From IMG/VR virus record IMGVR_UViG_3300033153_014157: a stretch of DNA of 64,000 bases. One strand, 5' to 3'. The notes beneath the pieces were generated by a model. That model saw nothing but the letters and a program-made list of their open reading frames with translations, was not told the origin of the DNA and searched no databases. This stretch comes from an uncultured virus (IMG/VR IMGVR_UViG_3300033153_014157) (Duplodnaviria > Heunggongvirae > Uroviricota > Caudoviricetes). The translations under genes and the position numbers were made by a program. Shown piece by piece: positions 59,264-64,000 of the stretch (position 1 is its first letter; each line of letters opens with the position of its first letter).

Positions 59264-60988
59264 TTAACGATCAGTCGTGCCAACAAATGGTTTTCCGAGT
59301 AATCTTGTCGATAAGTGTTTTGTTTCATGTGCTTCCAAAAAACGTTTTAATATAACAATTGATTCTTTACGAATTGACTCTAATGGTTTGTCGTGCTTTA
59401 TAATGTAGTCTATATCGTGCGCACACTCAATATAAAGGTCGCATTCACAAAATGTTGATACCTTACACGAGCTGTTATCAAACGTGTCGGATAATATCAG
59501 TCGTTTCCTACCACGAACATTTCTTGTGACGAATCCATTTTTTAAGAATTCAGAAAAAAGCTTTTTACGCACTGAAATATCGTCCACGTCGATGTTATAA
59601 GTTAGGATGTACCGTAATAACGAGTGGTGGCGACTTTTATCAGGCGTGATATTATCTAAAACGTGCTTGATATCATTTAATGCTTCTAACCCGTCTTGAA
59701 AACCGTGCACTTCGTTTGGTCTTAATAAAAATGCCATGATAATGTCATCGAATTCGCTAAATTCATCTTTGAATGAAATAATATCAATTTTTGGTAATTT
59801 TTCATTAAATGCGGTTAATCCAATATTATGGATATATTTATTGGTTAATTTTGGAGGATCATAAAAAAATGCAGCAACGCCAAATAGAAGCTCATTTAAA
59901 AAAAAACGCTCGCGATAAATATTCTTGTCTTTGAATATGGGTTGTTTGATGTAGATCTTGTATTTGCTTTCACGCTTGTTGCGGTCATTAATCGAGGAAA
60001 AATACTTGACAATTTTATTTGCCGTGCTTCCATTAATGATTCCAGTTGTTACTAAAGGAAATATTTCACATGATTTTGAGTATCCGACTCTTAATGGATT
60101 ACTAAGGTAATATTTTATGGCGTTTTTTACGCTAGATATCCTCGCATTGACTCGCTCTATCAATATCTCTAACAACTTTTTTATCATCTTGTTTTTGGTC
60201 ACGAAGAAAATTTGTCTTAACATTAAATAATAAAAGGTTTCACTTATAGTCATGATTAATCCGTTAATATCGACCTCTATAGTAGGGATATTCTTAATGT
60301 ACTTTTTCAATCTCGTGAACTCTTGGTCGCCATCATATCTATAGAGCGGCATTCCGCACTTGGTGTCAATGTCGCTGACATTAATTACCAGCAGATCATC
60401 AATCATTCTTAATGAAGTGTTAAAAGTATTGAATTTTGAAACAAATTTAAAATCAACGTGGTATTTAGAATCACTAATGACATCGAAATCGGTACAATTA
60501 AAGTTATCTATGAAAAAGTCAATTGGCTTATACTCGAATGAGCGAATCTTAAAGGTGAAAGACAGTCCGTAAGAATCAAATACGTGTAAACTTTCTATTT
60601 CGTAATACTTACTGCCAGTCATGTCTATGAACACGTTTTTGAACACATCGAAATCTAGCATTAATATCTTATATTTTGGCTCGCACGTGGCTCTATCACG
60701 TGTATCAATTGATGATATCATTGGTAACTCAAATATCCGCAATAATTCATGGTCGCCACGCGCGATCGATGCCCGTGATATAGCGAGCGTAACGTCGTCA
60801 TTCTTGCCAATAATAGACTTCAAATGATCCACGGCACTGCGTATTACCAATTTTTCGAAATTGATATCTCCATTGATTCGAATGTTTCGTGCATTAGAAT
60901 TAAGGATGTGGTCAATAACGTCGCGCACTAATTTATTATTAAGCGTGGTCATCTCAATTACCAAGCTGCGAACGTTATTATTTACCAT
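59264..60988 (-). CDS. Hypothetical protein, paralog family X
   Basis: FIDNFNCTDFDVISD. Confidence 0.65.
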   Translation of the reverse strand: MVNNNVRSLVIEMTTLNNKLVRDVIDHILNSNARNIRINGDINFEKLVIRSAVDHLKSIIGKNDDVTLAISRASIARGDHELLRIFELPMISSIDTRDRATCEPKYKILMLDFDVFKNVFIDMTGSKYYEIESLHVFDSYGLSFTFKIRSFEYKPIDFFIDNFNCTDFDVISDSKYHVDFKFVSKFNTFNTSLRMIDDLLVINVSDIDTKCGMPLYRYDGDQEFTRLKKYIKNIPTIEVDINGLIMTISETFYYLMLRQIFFVTKNKMIKKLLEILIERVNARISSVKNAIKYYLSNPLRVGYSKSCEIFPLVTTGIINGSTANKIVKYFSSINDRNKRESKYKIYIKQPIFKDKNIYRERFFLNELLFGVAAFFYDPPKLTNKYIHNIGLTAFNEKLPKIDIISFKDEFSEFDDIIMAFLLRPNEVHGFQDGLEALNDIKHVLDNITPDKSRHHSLLRYILTYNIDVDDISVRKKLFSEFLKNGFVTRNVRGRKRLILSDTFDNSSCKVSTFCECDLYIECAHDIDYIIKHDKPLESIRKESIVILKRFLEAHETKHLSTRLLGKPFVGTTDR

Positions 60989-61006
60989 TTTTAGATTTCA
61001 CCAGTA

Positions 61007-62449
61007 CTACTTTACGTCCCAAACCATTATGTTTTTTCTATCGAACATGTCAAGATTAATTTTTTTCTTAATTCGATTTTTAACGGCAGAAAAATAGTTG
61101 TCATTGTCAAAAGACAACAATTTATCAAGCGTGACTGCGTATTTATAAACAAATTCTCCTAATACGTAAGGTACTGTTTTTTCAAGTTTAGTAAAGTAAA
61201 GTTCGTGTTGTTCTTTAAATTCGTTGTCAAAAGCAAGTAAATTTATGATTTTGTATTTCGAAACGAAATTTATTCTGCCATTGGCACGAAGAATATCATT
61301 TAACAATAACGCTTTGCGAAACTGCGTGACAGTTCGTTTACATTTGAGTGTGAATAAAACATTTTCGAGCTGTTCATCTGGTAATATTCGGGCTATCAAC
61401 TTGATCAAAATGTTTATTGGCGTGCCGAACGATTCAATGTCTAACACGTCATTATTGCCGAGAGTTATGGAGTGTTTTTTGACATTGACTTTTTTCAACG
61501 TGAAAACATCAAATCCTTGACCTGATAATGCTTTTCGTGTCACTGTCGGAACTATAAGATTTGGGAAATCGACATTTTTTGCGAATTTAAACAAAAATGT
61601 ATTGTAATCCACTACGGCACACGCATTCTTCACACAGCCAAACATTGTATTTCGTTCATTTCTAATTTTATTGATGGCACTTTTGACATTATGTGTGACG
61701 TGCGTGTTGGTCATCTGCCTGATCGCAGAATCAATATTATTTAACAAATTCATGAAGAATCTGTCTTTATAGAGCCGCGTGATTATTTCTGGAACGATTC
61801 GTAACATTCCGTGATTATTGATGGGCAGGTTTTCTATGTCGCTGATACAGTAAGCAGTTGGAATCGTAAGATAAGGTGTCTTGATTATCTCGTGGTGTAA
61901 TTCATTGATTCGCTTGTGCGCTGTGTTAGAAATGATGCCAAAAGATTTTATTTTCAGATCATGGCGGTTTATAATTTCAAAGTTAAAGAAATAATCGTCA
62001 CCATTCCTAACGGCATTGATTATCGCGTCGTCTGGTTTATTTTTGTATGGGCGAAAATATAATGAGAACGAGTTTTCGGATTGGTATCTCACGAGCCGGC
62101 AATTAAATGTATCAAAAAATTGGTTCAGCGTTAATTCTCCTCGTGTTAGTGAGAAATAAACAACTATATAAGTGAGTGTCACGTACGTGAGAAGATTCAT
62201 GTTTGTGAAAAACAGTGACGCGGCACGTGCATCAAAAAAAGTAATCGTGTTCAAAGTGCCGTGTTTTGATATCCTGATTAACAATTTGCCATTGGCACCA
62301 ATGGCTTCATATTCGTTTTTGTCGTTCATTCGCGTGGTCGGCGTGGTTGAAAGGTAGATGAAAATTAGGTTCGCGGCTTTCTCAATAAGTTCTTGAGGTG
62401 ACAGGGTTGAATATAACGTTATCCACGTTGCCAAATTTACTACCAACAA
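61007..62449 (-). CDS. Hypothetical protein, probable family X
   Basis: FFDTFNC. Confidence 0.55.
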   Translation of the reverse strand: MLVVNLATWITLYSTLSPQELIEKAANLIFIYLSTTPTTRMNDKNEYEAIGANGKLLIRISKHGTLNTITFFDARAASLFFTNMNLLTYVTLTYIVVYFSLTRGELTLNQFFDTFNCRLVRYQSENSFSLYFRPYKNKPDDAIINAVRNGDDYFFNFEIINRHDLKIKSFGIISNTAHKRINELHHEIIKTPYLTIPTAYCISDIENLPINNHGMLRIVPEIITRLYKDRFFMNLLNNIDSAIRQMTNTHVTHNVKSAINKIRNERNTMFGCVKNACAVVDYNTFLFKFAKNVDFPNLIVPTVTRKALSGQGFDVFTLKKVNVKKHSITLGNNDVLDIESFGTPINILIKLIARILPDEQLENVLFTLKCKRTVTQFRKALLLNDILRANGRINFVSKYKIINLLAFDNEFKEQHELYFTKLEKTVPYVLGEFVYKYAVTLDKLLSFDNDNYFSAVKNRIKKKINLDMFDRKNIMVWDVK

Positions 62450-62490
62450 TAATTAGAATTGATTCATATTTAGGAGATGTAGGTGTGTTA

Positions 62491-63552
62491 TTAGAATGGT
62501 GTTTTTTTAGATTTTGACCTCTTTCTTGTTTTTTGTTTAGGAGGTGCTCCTATTTCTTCTGGTATTTCTTCTTCTTCTGACCTCATTGTTTGGACTATTT
62601 CGTCAATATCTGAGCGCACGGAGTCTAGATCTTGTTTTTTCTTAATCAAAATTGTCAGTAGCCGATCGAGCGTGTCTTTACTAACATCATATTCATGAAT
62701 TTGTAACATGGCGCGAACGAATTCTATTGCTTCTGCGGGCGTTGGTGGTTTCTCTAGATTCATTTCTTTACGCATGTAATTGACTAGCGACACGACTTGC
62801 CGAACCAATAAATCTGGCGCGTCTTTTACGTTAGCTTTTATTATGTTGAATTCTACTTCCCTGCTAGGATAATCAATGTATAGGTAAAATACCCTTCGCA
62901 ATAACGGCTCAGTTAGATCGCGTATTTTGTTAGATGTCATGAATATGTACACTTTTCGTTGTTCAGTGATGGTACCTATGATAGGTATTGTCAGCTCCCG
63001 CTCGTCAAAATATTGCAACAAATAATGCTCGAATTCTTCGTCAGCCTTGTCGACCTCGTCCAATAATAGCACTACTTCATTGTGTTTCTCGGACTTTTCG
63101 CTCATTGCTTTAAGCATTGCCCCCTTTACGTAGAAGTCAAGTGTATATACATCTCTTTTTTCTTCTCCGCTTTGTATTGCAAGTAGCTGTTGCTGAAAGT
63201 TCCAATGTCCAACTAAGTCTTCAAAATGCAATCCTTCGAAACATTGAATCCTGTATAGCGGCATTCCTAGCGCATTCGCAAATGCCCTCACTAAGAATGT
63301 CTTTCCTGATCCAGGGGGACCTTCAAGCAGTAATGGTCTATAACCTTTATACGCTAGATATACGAGGGTTGCGATTTCATAGCTTGAGATGTACCCCTCG
63401 CGTTCTAAGAATGTTTTTACTTCTGTTATGGTATCTGGAAAATCCATGATGGAATATACCTTCCCCGTGGTCGCAATCACCACGTTTCGTAATACTCTTT
63501 TAAAGTCATCTGAAGCTCTCAATATTTTTGATTTTGACATTGCATTCACCAT
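62491..63552 (-). CDS. MoxR AAA+ ATPase (CoxD-like)
   Basis: LLLEGPPGSGKT, RIQCFEGL, LLLDEVDKADEEFE, TSN..R.L.EPLLRR. Confidence 0.92.
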   Translation of the reverse strand: MVNAMSKSKILRASDDFKRVLRNVVIATTGKVYSIMDFPDTITEVKTFLEREGYISSYEIATLVYLAYKGYRPLLLEGPPGSGKTFLVRAFANALGMPLYRIQCFEGLHFEDLVGHWNFQQQLLAIQSGEEKRDVYTLDFYVKGAMLKAMSEKSEKHNEVVLLLDEVDKADEEFEHYLLQYFDERELTIPIIGTITEQRKVYIFMTSNKIRDLTEPLLRRVFYLYIDYPSREVEFNIIKANVKDAPDLLVRQVVSLVNYMRKEMNLEKPPTPAEAIEFVRAMLQIHEYDVSKDTLDRLLTILIKKKQDLDSVRSDIDEIVQTMRSEEEEIPEEIGAPPKQKTRKRSKSKKTPF

Positions 63553-63655
63553 TAAAGATTTATTTACTATTTATTTTTGCACGCCATTATTAAAATTTTT
63601 CAAGGATAAAGAATAAAAAACGTTGCGTGTAAAGATAATCGTGTGGTGATGAATA

Positions 63656-63991
63656 ATGAAATGGGAAACGTTGAGATCGAGAGTAAACATGCAACCAAAA
63701 AAAATCGCCCGAAACCGAAAATATTTGGTATTATCGAAGATATTCAAGATCATTTCAATCATATCGGCTGTAATATCAATGATAGTATTATTCATGAACG
63801 GCTTCCAGTTATTCGGCGCATTGATCAACGTTGACTTTTCTACATCATTGCCAGCCGATGTAAATAATCAGATAAATCAATTCGTGCTGCTGTTAATAGT
63901 AATAATAGTGATAATAGGGATATTGATAACGGCATATTATGTATTTGACATGTTATCATACCAACAAGTAGAAACAAAAAAAGTTGGTTAA
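63656..63991 (+). CDS. Small 2-TM membrane protein
   Basis: Two hydrophobic helices. Confidence 0.55.
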   Translation: MKWETLRSRVNMQPKKIARNRKYLVLSKIFKIISIISAVISMIVLFMNGFQLFGALINVDFSTSLPADVNNQINQFVLLLIVIIVIIGILITAYYVFDMLSYQQVETKKVG

Positions 63992-64000
63992 TATTTTTTA

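Noticed and set aside
1..64000. Alternative genetic code
   Set aside because: Conserved genes are full length under the standard code, and TAA, TAG and TGA all act as stops.

Overview
AT-rich, gene-dense archaeal-type DNA. I found no ribosomal, rRNA/tRNA or central-metabolism genes, and many ORFs have no family I can recognise. It carries its own archaeal replication/recombination set (MCM, RadA, Hel308, Hjc, a double Cas4-like nuclease, a Topo VI-A-like TOPRIM protein, a HerA-like ATPase, a divergent tyrosine recombinase) and three orphan DNA methyltransferases. It also has RNA-repair enzymes (T4 Rnl1-like ligase, bacterial-type class II CCA/HD enzyme), chaperones (J-domain, MoxR+VWA, GHKL) and several membrane-anchored glycoproteins. 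Eukaryotic-signature proteins typical of Asgard archaea are present: a Rab-like GTPase, a UEV/E2-like domain fused to an ESCRT-II Vps22/36-like domain, and a tandem active/inactive JAMM (MPN) pair. The best interpretation, which is inference, is a segment of a large Asgard-archaeal extrachromosomal element or virus. At the DNA level, the 11-mer TTAGAGCTAAC (full form GTTAG-AG-CTAAC) occurs 10 times, spread along the window on both strands, in several reading frames and at convergent gene junctions, which suggests an undescribed protein-binding site system. All calls come from motif reading by eye; no searches were run.
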